A stretch of 64,000 bases of DNA from Octopus vulgaris (Eukaryota), in contig OX597842.1 of the NCBI GenBank assembly GCA_951406725.2, positions 5,580,001 through 5,644,000 on the forward strand, written 5' to 3'. Each line of letters starts with the position of its first letter. Positions within the stretch are counted from its first letter, which is position 1. The notes beneath the pieces were generated by a model, which saw nothing but the letters and a program-made list of their open reading frames with translations, ran no database searches and had not been told where the DNA came from. Both the position numbers and the translations under genes were made by a program. Below are positions 23,928 through 38,018 of this stretch, piece by piece.

Positions 23928-24027
23928 NNNNNNNNNNNNNNNNNNNNNNNNNNNNNNNNNNNNNNNNNNNNNNNNNNNNNNNNNNNNNNNNNNNNNNNNN
24001 NNNNNNNNNNNNNNNNNNNNNNNNNNN
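23928..24027. other. Assembly gap (100 N)
   Basis: Run of N. Confidence 1.
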
Positions 24028-24091
24028 GGCAGGTGGAAAAACAAACGAACAATTGTATTAGTATGGCGCTCAGAAATATAAATAAAACAAG

Positions 24092-24129
24092 TCTTTAACG
24101 TTTCGAGCCTACGCTCTTCAACAGAAAGA
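24092..24129 (-). ncRNA. Hammerhead-like motif, variant core
   Basis: TCTTT-CTGTTGA-A-GAGC-GTAG-GCTC-GAAA-CG-TT-AAAGA. Confidence 0.5.
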
Positions 24130-24204
24130 TACACAGAGAGAGAAAAACACAGAAAGAAGGAGAGAAAAATGCTGTGTGCAGTAGCTAACGAATCAACATA
24201 TCTC

Positions 24205-24224
24205 ATGTATATATATATATGTAT

Positions 24225-24314
<90 letters not shown>

Positions 24315-24326
24315 TATATAAACACA

Positions 24327-24376
<50 letters not shown>

Positions 24377-24387
24377 CATATATATAC

Positions 24388-24468
<81 letters not shown>

Positions 24469-24469
24469 C

Positions 24470-24522
<53 letters not shown>

Positions 24523-24711
24523 CATATATACATATATATATATACATATATACATATATATATACATATATACATATACATATATACATATATATATACA
24601 TATATATACATATACACATATACATATATATATACATATATACATATATATATACATATATATATACATACATACATATATACATATATATATACATACA
24701 TATATATATAT

Positions 24712-24750
<39 letters not shown>

Positions 24751-24901
24751 TACATACATACATATATACATACATATATATATATACATACATATATACA
24801 TATATATATACATATATATATATATACATATATATATACATATACATATATATAGAAAACACCTCATATATATATACATACATACATATATACATATATA
24901 T

Positions 24902-24952
<51 letters not shown>

Positions 24953-24959
24953 TATATAC

Positions 24960-25040
<81 letters not shown>

Positions 25041-25265
25041 TACATACATATATATATATACATACATATATATATACATATATATATATATACATATATA
25101 TATACATACATATATATATACATACATATATATATATACATACATATATATATACATACATATATATATATACATATATATATACATACATATATATATA
25201 TACATATATATATATACATACATATATATATACATATATATATACATACATATATATATACATAC

Positions 25266-25312
<47 letters not shown>

Positions 25313-25529
25313 TATATACATACATATATATATACATACATATATATATATACATATATATATACATACATATATATATACATACATATATATATACATA
25401 TATATATACATACATATATATATACATACATATATATATACATACATATATATACATATATATATATACATATATATACATACATATATATATATACATA
25501 TATATATACATACATATATATATACATAC

Positions 25530-25566
<37 letters not shown>

Positions 25567-25758
25567 CATATACATACATATATACACACATACATATATA
25601 TATACATACATATATATATACATACATATATATATATACATATACATATATACATACATATATATACATATATACACACACACACATATATATACATACA
25701 TACATACATATATTCTATACATACATATATATATACATATATACACATACATACATAC

Positions 25759-25827
<69 letters not shown>

Positions 25828-25881
25828 CATACATATACATATATATATACATATATATATACATACATATATATATACATA

Positions 25882-25921
<40 letters not shown>

Positions 25922-26226
25922 CATACATATATACATACATATATATATATACATACATACACATACACATACATATATATACATATATATATACATACAT
26001 ATATATATACATATATATATACATACATATACACATACATACATACATATATATATACATACATATATACATATATATATACATACATATATATATATAT
26101 ACATATATATATATACATATACATATATATATACATATATATACATACATATACATATATATATACATATATATACATACATATACATATATATATACAT
26201 ATATATACATACATATACACACATAC

Positions 26227-26257
<31 letters not shown>

Positions 26258-26314
26258 CATATATATACATATACATATATATATACATATATATATACAT
26301 ATATATACATATAT

Positions 26315-26367
<53 letters not shown>

Positions 26368-26434
26368 CATATATATATACATATATATATACATATATAC
26401 ATATATACATATATATATATACATATATATATAC

Positions 26435-26471
<37 letters not shown>

Positions 26472-26484
26472 CATATATATATAC

Positions 26485-26515
<31 letters not shown>

Positions 26516-26552
26516 CATATATATATACATATATATATATACATATATATAT

Positions 26553-26627
<75 letters not shown>

Positions 26628-27181
26628 TATATACATATATATACATATATATATACATATATATATACATATATATATATATACATACACACACATACAT
26701 ATACATACATATATATACATACATATTTACATACACATATATATATACACACATATATACACACATATATACACATATATATATACACACATATATATAT
26801 ACACATATATATATACACATATATATATATACACATATATATACACATATATATATATACATACTCATATATATATACACATATATATATACACACATAT
26901 ATATACACATATATACACACATATATATATATACACATATATACACACATATATATATACACACATATATATACACATATATATATACACACATATATAT
27001 ACACACATATATATACACACATATATATACACACACACATATATATATACACATATATATACACATATATATACACATATATATACATATATATATACAC
27101 GTATATATATATATATATACATATATACGTATACATATATATATATATACATATATATATATACATACATATATATACATA

Positions 27182-27247
<66 letters not shown>

Positions 27248-27287
27248 CATATATATACATACATATATATATACATATATATACATA
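24205..27287. repeat. ~3.1-kb compound (CA)/(TA)/(TACA) microsatellite
   Basis: Direct reading; source of the 500-1000 aa Y/I/M/C pseudo-ORFs. Confidence 0.98.
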
Positions 27288-27324
27288 TCTCCCTCAAATT
27301 ATATTTCATAGTCTTGGAAAGTGA

Positions 27325-28740
27325 ATAGCACATTAGATAATGTAGTTCTAGATACACTGTATGAATATAAGACGTGATGGCCACAGCTGGAATATCTGGT
27401 CATACATTTGTTGTATCAGGACTGACCCGGGGCTGAACAGTAATTATAGCCACTAATAGTAAATACTATACTATACATTAGATAATGTAGTCCTAGATAC
27501 ACTATGCCTGAAAAAAAGATGAGCTGATTAGAACTGGAACATCTTTGACCATAGGTCAGTCTGGATCAGGACTGACCTGGGGCTAAATAACAATAGCAGC
27601 TATGGCCACTAATAATAAAGACTATACATTAGACAATGTAGTCCTAGATACACTATGTTTGAATAAAAGATGGGATGGCCACAGCTGGAACGTCTTTGAT
27701 TATAGCTGTCTGGATCTGGACTGGCCTGGGGCTAAACAAGAACAACAGCCAGTAATACTATCTACAATATTATACATTAGATAATGTACTCCTAGATACA
27801 CTATGCCTGAATAAAAGATGGGATGGCCACAGCTGGAACGTCTTTGATTATAGCTCTGTCTGGATCTGGACTGACCTGGGGCTAAACAACAACAGACAGT
27901 AATACTATCTGCAATATTATACATATGATAATGTACTCCTAGATACACTATGCCTGAATAAAAGATGGGGTGGTCACAGCTGGAACGTCTTTAAACATAG
28001 ATCTGTTACATCAGGACTGACCTGGGGCTAAACAACAAAACAGCCAGTAATACTATACAAAACTACATTAGATAATGTAGTCCTAGATACACTATGCCTG
28101 AATAAAAGATGGGATGGTCACAACTGGAACGTCTTTGAACATAGACCTGTTACATCAGGACTGACCTGGGGCTAAAAAAACAACAACAGCCAGTAATACT
28201 ATCTACAATACTATACATTAGATAATGTACTCCTAGATACACTATGCCTGGATAAAAGATGGGGTGGTCACAGCTGGAACGTCTTTAAACATAGATCTGT
28301 TACATCAGGACTGACCTGGGGCTAAAAAACAACAACAGCCAGTAATACTATCTACAATATTATACATTAGAGATAATGTACTCCTAGATACACTATGCCT
28401 GAATAAAAGATGGGGTGGTCACAGCTGGAACGTCTTTAAACATAGATCTGTTACATCAGGACTGGACCTGGGGCTTAAAAAACAACAACAGCCAGTAATA
28501 CTATCTACAATACTATACATTAGATAATGTACTCCTAGATACACTATGCCTGAATAAAAGATGGGATGGCCACAGCTGGAACGTCTTTGATTATAGCTCT
28601 GTCTGGATCTGGACTGACCTGGGGCTAAACAACAACAGCCAGTAATACTATCGACAATATCATACATTAGATAATGTACTCCTAGATACACTATGCCTGG
28701 ATAAAAGATGGGGTGGTCACCGATGGAACATATTTGATCA
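27325..28740. repeat. ~148-bp tandem repeat, ~10 diverged units
   Basis: cattagataatgta(g/c)tcctagatacactatgcctg recurs at about 27331, 27476, 27627, 27775, 27922, 28066, 28216, 28365, 28518 and 28665. Confidence 0.92.
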
Positions 28741-29239
28741 TAGTGAGATCAGAAGCAACAACAACACAGAAAACTTTAATAATTTTTTTTTTCAATTTTT
28801 TTATTTTAAATTTAAAAAAAAAAGTTTTTTTATGTATTTTTCCATCAAAATGTTTATTTTTCGAATTTTTGAATTGAATTTATTTTTTTTTTTAAATATT
28901 TATAATTTTTATAATTTTTTTTTTATATATGTGTATGTGTGTGTGTGTGCGTGCATGCGTGTGTATGTGTTAGTGTCTTTATTTTAAATTTCTTCATTGA
29001 AATTTTAAAAATTTATATTTTAAACCTACATATATCTAGAATGCTTATCACACCCTTTACAAACACGTGACGCATGGCACCGAGCGGTGCCACGTATGCA
29101 CATCGACAAACATGGACCAAAATCTAACAAGCACACTCACCCCTTCAAGATGGCACACCATAGACGCACAGACAGAGAATCACCATTATGTACATAGACA
29201 GAACTGGACACAGCAACAGAGAAGACTCACAGATAGGAT

Positions 29240-29880
29240 TGGGTACAACAGACAAGACTCAGAGACAGGACTGGATAAGTCAGCAGACAAGACTCACAGA
29301 CAGGGCTGGATACGTCAACAGACAAGACTCGCAGAAAGGACTGGATAAGTCAGCAGACAAGACTCGCAGACAGGACTGGATACGTCAGCAGACAAGACTC
29401 ACAGACAGGACTGGATATGTCAGCAGACAAGACTCACAGACAGGACTGGATATGTCAGCAGACAAGACTCGCAGACAAGACTCACAGACAGGACTGGATA
29501 AGTCAGCAGACAAGACTCGCAGACAGGACTGGATATGTCAGCAGACAAGACTCACAGACAGGACTGGATATGTCAGCAGACAAGACTCACAGACAGGACT
29601 GGATAAGTCAGCAGACAAGACTCGCAGACAGGACTGGATATGTCAGCAGACAAGACTCACAGACAGGACTGGATATGTCAGCAGACAAGACTCGCAGACA
29701 GGACTGGATATGTCAGCAGACAAGACTGGATAAGTCAGCAGACAAGACTCACAGACAGGACTGGATAAGTCAGCAGACAAGACTCACAGACAGGACTAGA
29801 TATGTCAGCAGACAAGACTGGATATGACAACAGACAAGACTCGCAGATAGGAGTGGATACGTCAGCAGACAAGAGTCACA
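29240..29880. repeat. 35-bp minisatellite, ~18 units
   Basis: Unit cagacaggactggatatgtcagcagacaagactca. Confidence 0.93.
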
Positions 29881-30792
29881 GGTGGTAGTCAGCAACGGAG
29901 TGCACAGTGATATTGGTTGGTTACATATATAAGTAGACGGTACCCTCAAACACAGTGCAACTAACGTTTAGTACTTTTGTTCAATGAACAACATCCAGTG
30001 AGTTTGGACATAGAAAATGGGACACTACAACCCTACAAATCCACAAACACTCACATATATACACACATATATACATGGAGACGTACAGGCTGTGCTCAAC
30101 CACACACACACACAAAACTGGCAGCACTTGACCACACACAGCAAGCAGGACTCTCTCAACCATACATACACACACAACAGTTAACACTGACTCAACTACA
30201 CACAGAAGCAACACTGAAAGCTACACACATATACATACACACACAAACATTGCTGAGAGGTGGTACTGAGAGACGGAGAGGAGAGAGAGTCAGCAGGGAT
30301 GGTCATTACATATCTGAAATCACTATCCGAGGTCCACGTAAAACCAGACCAGACCAGTCCCGGAAACAGTGGTATGGGTTGTGGCACAGTATAGTAGTGG
30401 TGGTGTCTGCTCGGTTGTGAAGTTGATCGTAGCATGGTCGTGATGTGGGTGGTGGTGGTGGTGGTGGGAGCAGTAGTTATACTGGTGGTGGTGGTGGTGG
30501 TGGTGGTTGGGGTGCTAGTATGGCTGTGCAGTGGTGGTGGCGGCGGTGGTACCTGTAGCATCTGTGGTGCTGGTGGTGGTAGTAGTAGTAGTAGTTATAG
30601 TACAATTAAAGGGTGGTGGTGGTGATTGTAGTGTTGTTGGTGTGAGGGTGTAATGGTGGCGGTGGTAGGACTGTTTATAGGAAGTGGGAGGAACAGTGAA
30701 AGGAGAAAAGGAGAGAGAGAGAGTTGTGAGAAAGGAGAAGCAGTCATGTGTTGTGAGAAAAAATATGTACACACACACACATACATGTACAT

Positions 30793-30828
<36 letters not shown>

Positions 30829-31009
30829 CATCATCATCATTGTTTAACGTCTGCTTTTCTTGCTAGCATGGGTTGGACGATTTGACTGAGGTCTGGTGTC
30901 CAACACATGCTAGCATGGAAAGCGGACGTTAAACGATGATGATGATATATATATATATATATATTTATTGTGTGTGTGTGTGTGTATGTATGTATATATA
31001 TATATATAT

Positions 31010-31240
31010 ATATAATAGACATGTGTATATAATATATACACACACACCAGAGAAATAGAGAGAGGGATAGGTATATATTCATGTATGTATATATAAATAC
31101 ATGTGTGTGTGTATATATATACATATATATATATATATAATAGACATGTGTATATAATATATATATATACACACACCAGAGAAATAGAGAGAGGGATAGG
31201 TATATATTCATGTATGTATATATAAATACATGTGTGTGTG

Positions 31241-31276
<36 letters not shown>

Positions 31277-31367
31277 ATAGACATGTGTATATAATATATA
31301 TATATACACACACAAGAGAAATAGAGAGAGGGATAGGTATATATTCATGTATGTATAAATAAATACA

Positions 31368-31385
<18 letters not shown>
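31010..31385. repeat. Triplication of a ~125-135-bp unit containing microsatellites
   Basis: taatagacatgtgtatataat...gagaaatagagagagggataggtatatattcatg occurs three times. Confidence 0.85.
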
Positions 31386-31414
<29 letters not shown>

Positions 31415-31547
31415 AAAGAAAGAGATTTGTGAGAAGAAAATTAAGTAAAAAAAAAAACAAAAAAAAAACAAGAAGTTGCAGAGAGGAAAGTGTGTACGAA
31501 CATGAGAAAGTGAAAGTGAAAGTAGAGATCAAAATATACATTTGACA

Positions 31548-31587
<40 letters not shown>

Positions 31588-32411
31588 ATGTATAAAAAGG
31601 AGAGAAAGCGAAGAGGCTTAATGTAAAACTTACACATATACAACACGAGATCCGCGCACACACACACATACGCACAAGCATGTATATATATATATATATA
31701 TATATATACATGCACACATACGTACTACATGTTCATATAAGCACAAGCGATACTAACAAAGAGACCAACAGACCTGGACACACATACACACACCCACTTG
31801 TGTATATATATATATATATATATATACATATATATACACACACATACATACACAAAAACATGTGTATGTGTGTATAAGAATAACTGGCAGAGAAAGATAT
31901 ATATATATATATGCATATATATATACATATATATACACACACACATATATATATGCATATATGTATACACACACACATGTATACATATTGTATGCACACA
32001 TATATACATGCATTTGTAGATACATATATACATGTTTATGCATATATATATATATATACATATGTATACTTATGTGTATGCACATATATACATACACACA
32101 CACACATATATATATATATACATATGTATACACAAAATATACATTATATATACATGTTTATATATGTATACACAAGATATACACTACATTATATATACAT
32201 GTTTATATATATATAGATATATATATACACACACACACATATATACATACATACACACTACATATATAAGTAGACACATACTATATATATATATATAGGC
32301 ATATGTATCTTAATTCACTCATGTATACCTATACATACGTATTTACATGTCTGCATGTGTGTGTATATGCGTGTGTGTGCATGTATGTATAATGTGTGCA
32401 TAAAGAGACTA

Positions 32412-32552
32412 TTACTTTAAACACCGCTCAAAGTATGTAGACCCAACGTAGCCGCCACGCATGGATTTCGACACATTCTGCTCAAACAGTCGTCGGTTGT
32501 TCTGTAATACTTCGGCTGCTTCTTTGTTTAAAGGATCTTCAGGATTTGGTTC
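32412..32552 (-). CDS. UBE2M: NEDD8-conjugating enzyme Ubc12/UBE2M, coding exon 5 (stop)
   Basis: tttcag|[46 protein letters not shown]; joined CDS 549 nt = 182 aa. Confidence 0.97.
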   Translation of the reverse strand, partial: EPNPEDPLNKEAAEVLQNNRRLFEQNVSKSMRGGYVGSTYFERCLK

Positions 32553-34094
32553 CTGAAACAAATTAAGAGGGGTCACATTAGAAATAGGGGTCAGACAGCA
32601 GAGAGAGAGAAATTAGGGATTAGTAAATACAAAGGAAAGTGACATGTACGCACTGGAACTTTTCGAAACGTATAAAGTGATGTGTGGAGGCACGTGGCTT
32701 GGTGGTTAGGGTGTCAGCATCGTGATCGTAAGATTGTGGTTTCAATTCCTGGACCGGGTGACGCGTTGTGTTCTTGAGCAAAACACTTCATTTCACGTTG
32801 CTCCAGTCCACTCAGCTGGCAAAAATGAGCAATGCTGTGATGGACTGGTGTCCTGTCCAGCTGGGGAACACATACGCCAAGAAACCGGGCCCATGAGCCT
32901 GGCTAGGTTTTAAAAGGGCGCTTTTATTTATTATTATTATTGTGGAGGTGAATGGCTTAGTGGTTAGGGTGTCAGCATCATGATCGTAAGATTGTGGTTT
33001 CGATTCCTGGAGTGGAAACAAATTAGCAAGAGGGGGTCACATTAGAAATAGGGGTCAGACAGCAGAGAGAGAGAAATTAGGGATCAGTAAATACAAGGGA
33101 AAGAGACATGAATGCATTGGGACTTTTCGAAACGTATAAATTGATGTGTGGAGGCACGTGGCTTGGTGGTTAGGGTGTCAGCATCATGATCGTAAGATTG
33201 TGGTTTCAATTCCTGGACCGGGTGACGCGTTGTGTTCTTGAGCAAAACACTTCATTTCACGTTGCTCCAGTCCACTCAACTGGCAAAAATGAGTAACGTT
33301 GCGATGGACTGGCATCTCGTCCAGCTGGGGAACACATACGCCATTGAAACCGGGCCCATGAGCCTGGCTAGGCTTGAAAAGGGTGCATTTATTTATTTAT
33401 AAAGTGATGTAAGGGAAGGGGGTCTTGCTTTCTATCATTGCTAATATGTGGCCATGCTGCAGCACCGCCTTGATGAATTTTAGCCAGACAAATCGACCCT
33501 GGTACTTTCTTTTTATTTTTTTAAAGCCTTTCAGTTTCCGTCCATATCCTAGTAGGGTGCCAAGAGCACCATCTGAGTGAGATCGTTGCCAGAGCAACTA
33601 ACTGGCTCCCGTACACATGGCACGTAAAAGGGCACCATTCGAGCGTGATCGTTACCAGCATCGCCTTACTGGCACTTGCGCCGGTGGCATGTGTAAAAAG
33701 ATTTGAGCGAGGTTATTGCCAGTACCGCCTGACTGGCCCCCATGCCGGTGGCATGTAAAAAGCACCCACTACACTCTCGGAGTGGTTGGCATTAGGAAGG
33801 GCATCCAGCTGTAGAAACTCTGCCAGATCAGACTGGAGTCTGGTGCAGCCATCTGGTTTGCCAGCCCTCGGTCAAAATCGTCCAACCCATGCTAGCATGG
33901 AAAGCGGACGTTAAATGATGATGATGATGATGATGATCCTGAGGCTATAGTGGAAGACACATGCCCGAGGTACCACACTGTGGGACTGAAACTGGAACCA
34001 TGTGGTTGGTAAGCAAGCTACTTACTACACAGCCACACCTGCAGCTATAAGATTCTGGCTGAGAATTAACTTAATAGTAAATGCATCTGTGGGA

Positions 34095-34330
34095 TACTCA
34101 GCAAGAGAGACGATTGCGCTGGTATGGTCATGTGGCGAGAATGGATGAAGATAGGTGTGTGAGAAAGTGCCAATCCCTAGCAGTTGAGGGAACCCGTGGA
34201 AGAGGTAGACCCAGGAAAACCTGGGACGAGGTGGTGAAGCACGACCTTCGAACTTTAGGCCTCACTGAGGAAATGACCAGCGACCGAGACCTTTGGAAAT
34301 ATGCTGTACGTGAGAAGACCAGGCATGCCT
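34095..34330 (+). mobile_element. RTE-clade LINE ORF C-terminal fragment
   Basis: QERRLRWYGHVARMDEDRCVRKCQSLAVEGTRGRGRPRKTWDEVVKHDLR (WxGH and GxRxRGRPxxxW motifs). Confidence 0.85.
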
Positions 34331-35180
34331 TTCCTCCCCTGGACACAAAGACCTGTTGAGGCAAGCGACAAGTGAGCCCAGCTTGCGAAGACATGTTATG
34401 AAATCGAAGTCAAAATCCTGAATTGAACCAGCCAGGATCCCCTGGACAGCACTATCCGACCGTGGCCGATGCCAGCGCCGCCTCCAGCGAAGTCGGTGGC
34501 ACATAAAATAGAACCCTCATCCGTACGACAGGCACCCATGCCAACCCCTTTGCTTGCGAAGACATCTTGGGGCAAGCAAGCGAAATGAAATCAAATTGAA
34601 CCAGCCAGGATCCCTGGTCTGGTGGTACGTAAAAAGCACTATCCGACTCGTGGCCGATGCCAGCGCCGCCTCGACTGGCTTCCGTGCCGGTGGCACATAA
34701 AATACACCAATCCGACCATGGCCGTTGCCAGCCTCGCCTGGCACCTGTGCAGGTGGCACGTAAAAAGCACCCACTACACTCACGGAGTGGTTGGCGTTAG
34801 GAAGGGCATCCAGCTGTAGAAACATTGCCAGATAAGACCGGAGCCTGGTGCAGCCTTCTGGCTTCCCAGATCCCCGATCGAACCGTCCAACCAATGCTAG
34901 CATGGAGAACGGACGTTAAACAATGATGATGAGGTTTAATTTATGATGATGATGACAATGACAGTGGTGATGGTAACCATGACAACTGGTAGTGGTGGTG
35001 ATAATGGCAGTGGTTAATGATGATGGTGGTAGTGGTGGTTGATGGTGATGACGAAGACCACCATGCTGATGAGGATGGTGATGATAATGGCAAATGGTGA
35101 AATGACGGTACCGATGAAGATGTCAAGGACTATGGTTTTGAGGATTACAATGTCTGGGAGAAGAAAGAGACGAAACTTAC

Positions 35181-35244
35181 CAAAAATAAATACTGTAAAC
35201 CATAAACTATAGAATTAATGGTGAGTACAGGTTTCCAATCTTCT
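35181..35244 (-). CDS. UBE2M: UBE2M coding exon 4
   Basis: tttcag|A gives (R)[21 protein letters not shown]|gtaagt. Confidence 0.97.
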
Positions 35245-37024
35245 CTGAAATAGGACAAACAGACAGACATGAATGCGTGTGTATATATCTATATATATGC
35301 ATGTATGGGTACAGGACATCACCAACGGTGCAAATAACATGAAATACGTCAACAAACGAGTTAAATACATAAACAACAAGAGAAAAATATAGAAAAGAGG
35401 ACAAGTAAATATGGAGAAAAGACCCTTCATCAGGTGTCGGTTGTCTATTCCTCATTTCGAGCATTCAACGACAAGATATGTCTTTAAAGGCAGTTGCTCC
35501 CATAAATTCTAAAATAAAATTTAGGATTTATGGAGGGTCAAAGTTGGGGGGGGGGGGGTAAAACAGGAGAGTGGAGACATACAAGGAAACTGAACGGAAA
35601 CAGATATGGAGGGTCATGAGACCAGAACGTGAGGAAAATAGTGAATGCTGGGAGAAACATTTTTTTTGAAAAGAGAGAGAAAAAAAACATGCCTGCTCTT
35701 TTGAACATCTGTGCAGGAAAAGAATGATGGACAATGGTCACGTGTGAGCAACGAGTGAGTGAGAGAAAGAGGGGAAGAGAGAGACAGATAGAAATTGGTG
35801 AAGGAGGGAGGGAGAGAAAAAGGGAATTAGAGAAGGATGGCGGAAGAAAATATACACACAAATAGTTCAAATTTACAGAAAAAACAAAAGACAAAGACAG
35901 GTGAGGAAATAGCATGCAGGTGTATTAGTTTGACACTTGGGAGGAATAGAAAAGACTTAGATGTTTCAAGCCTCTGCTATTCAACAAAGGATTGAGAGGA
36001 AAAAAAAAAGAGAAAAAATATGTGTACGGATTAATGGTTCAACATGATGAAATGATTGGAGGAAAGTGGCTGAGTGAAAGGGAGATAATACCAGTGACCC
36101 AGCTGAACTAAGGTGCACAAGTGCATGTGAATGTATGTGTGGACAAGCTTAAAATTACGTGAGCTTGTGTATAAGTAACCTAGTGCTTGCATTGTGTGGA
36201 GTGACAGACGTTTCATCTATGAGTATGTATATAATATCCCACTCATATTTAGTGAAAATTATAGTTTTCCTTTTTGGTAAAACATTGCACACTGCTATCT
36301 ATATTAATTTTCTGCATACACATTAGTGATCCATTCAGTCATCCATAGATTTTTATGCTGAAAACATATATACTGACAGAGAATTCAGTGTGGAATTTGC
36401 AAAAGTTGAGTCAGTCCATGCTGACGAGGCAACGGAAATTACTGAAACTGACCAGTCAGTATAGGGAATTCTCAATCAGTGTCTTTGGGCGATTAGAGTC
36501 CCTGTCAGTATGTATGTATACAATTATGTGCTTTGACTGCAGCATTAGAGCATTTTATCTCTTATTTCTAACAAAGTAGATGGTCCTCACACCCTAGTCA
36601 TATTTTGTGACAATTATAGTTTTCCTTTTTTGGTAAAACATTGCACACTGCTTTCTATATTAATTTTATATCATCATCACCATCATCATTCTAGCATATG
36701 GATGTCCACGTAGTGGTCATCCCTCTTATATGTGTGTGTGTGTATATATATATATACAGATATACACACACATCTCATCAAGTTCCCTTAAGCGATGTAG
36801 CAAGTTGTTGAGGTCCCACTAGTATCTGTTATCTGTCATGCGTAGCAGGGTCTAGGTGTTGTGACCAGTCCAGTCCTTGATGTTGTCAGACCGGGATTTT
36901 CTGTCTGCTTCTCTTATGCCCCCTTTCAACTGTTCCCTGAAGAAGAATGATTTGGGGCAGGAAATTGTGGCAAGGTACATGATATTAGGCAAGCATTCGT
37001 CTTTTACCTGCACAGGGAGTGGTT

Positions 37025-37748
37025 CCTATTTCTTTACTGCCCGCAAGGGGCTAAACACAGAGGGGACAAACAAGGACAGACAAAAGGATTAAGTCGATTA
37101 TATCAACCCCAGTGCAAGCATTCGTCTTTTACCTGCACAGGGAGTGGTTCCTATTTCTTTACTACCCACAAGGGGCTAAACACAGAGGGGACAAAAAAGG
37201 ACAGACAGACGGGTTAAGTCGATTACATCGACCTCAGTGCCTAACTGGTACTTATTTAATCGACCCCCGAAAAGATGAAAGGCAAAGTTGACCTCAGTGG
37301 AATTTGAACTCAAAACGTAACAGCAGACGAAATACCTATTTCTTTACAAGGGGCTAAACACAGACAGGACAAACAAGGACAGACAAGTGGATTAAGTCAA
37401 TTATATCAACCACAGTGTGAAACTGGTACTTATATTTAATCGACTCCGAAAGGATGAAAGGCAAAGTCATCTCGAGCGGAATTTGAACTCTCAATGTAAC
37501 GGCAGACGAAATACCTATTTCTTTACTACCCACAAGGGTCTAAACACAGAGAGTACAAACAAGGACTGACAAGTGGATTAAGTCAATTATATTGACCCCA
37601 GTGCGTAACTGGTACTTATTTAATCGACCCTGAAAGGATGAAAGGTAAAGGCGACCTCGGCGGAATTTGAACTCAGAACGTAACGGCAGACGAAATACCG
37701 CTAAGCATTTCGCCCAACGTGCTAATGTTTCTACCAGCTCACCGCTTT
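37025..37748 (-). mobile_element. Head-to-tail multimer of SINE family B
   Basis: About 3 units plus a local duplication; junction gaaatacctatttcttt. Confidence 0.85.
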
Positions 37749-37875
37749 TAGGGAGTGGTTCCTGTCTGCCACCGTATTTCCTGGGACCGCAGTTTGTCCA
37801 TGACTGGTATAGGGGACAGGGGGTGAGATGTTGGCAGAGTGGTGAGGATGTGTGAGAGAGAGAGATGGCACTTAC

Positions 37876-38018
37876 CTTAATATATTTAAGCAAACGTTCC
37901 CTTCCAGGTCAATATTTGGGTGGTAAACCATCGTTTCGCATTTCACCTTGGGTGCGTCATGTGGGTAGCCAGGGCCAACTTTGAAACTAAACATGAACCT
38001 TCCACCTCGGTAGAAACC
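37876..38018 (-). CDS. UBE2M: UBE2M coding exon 3 (catalytic Cys)
   Basis: tcacag|[49 protein letters not shown]|gtaagt; HPN motif and active-site Cys. Confidence 0.97.

Noticed and set aside
24193-27384. ORFs of 500-1063 aa rich in Y/I/M/C/H/T
   Set aside because: Translations of a (TA)/(CA) microsatellite that lacks stop codons; no coding signal.
29075-29092. Hairpin TGGCACCGAGCGGTGCCA resembling the terminal hairpin of the Cas9 tracrRNA/sgRNA scaffold
   Set aside because: Short match with an indel and no other scaffold sequence nearby; most likely coincidence.
29067-29827. Repetitive QTRLTDRTG ORFs
   Set aside because: Translation of the 35-bp minisatellite.
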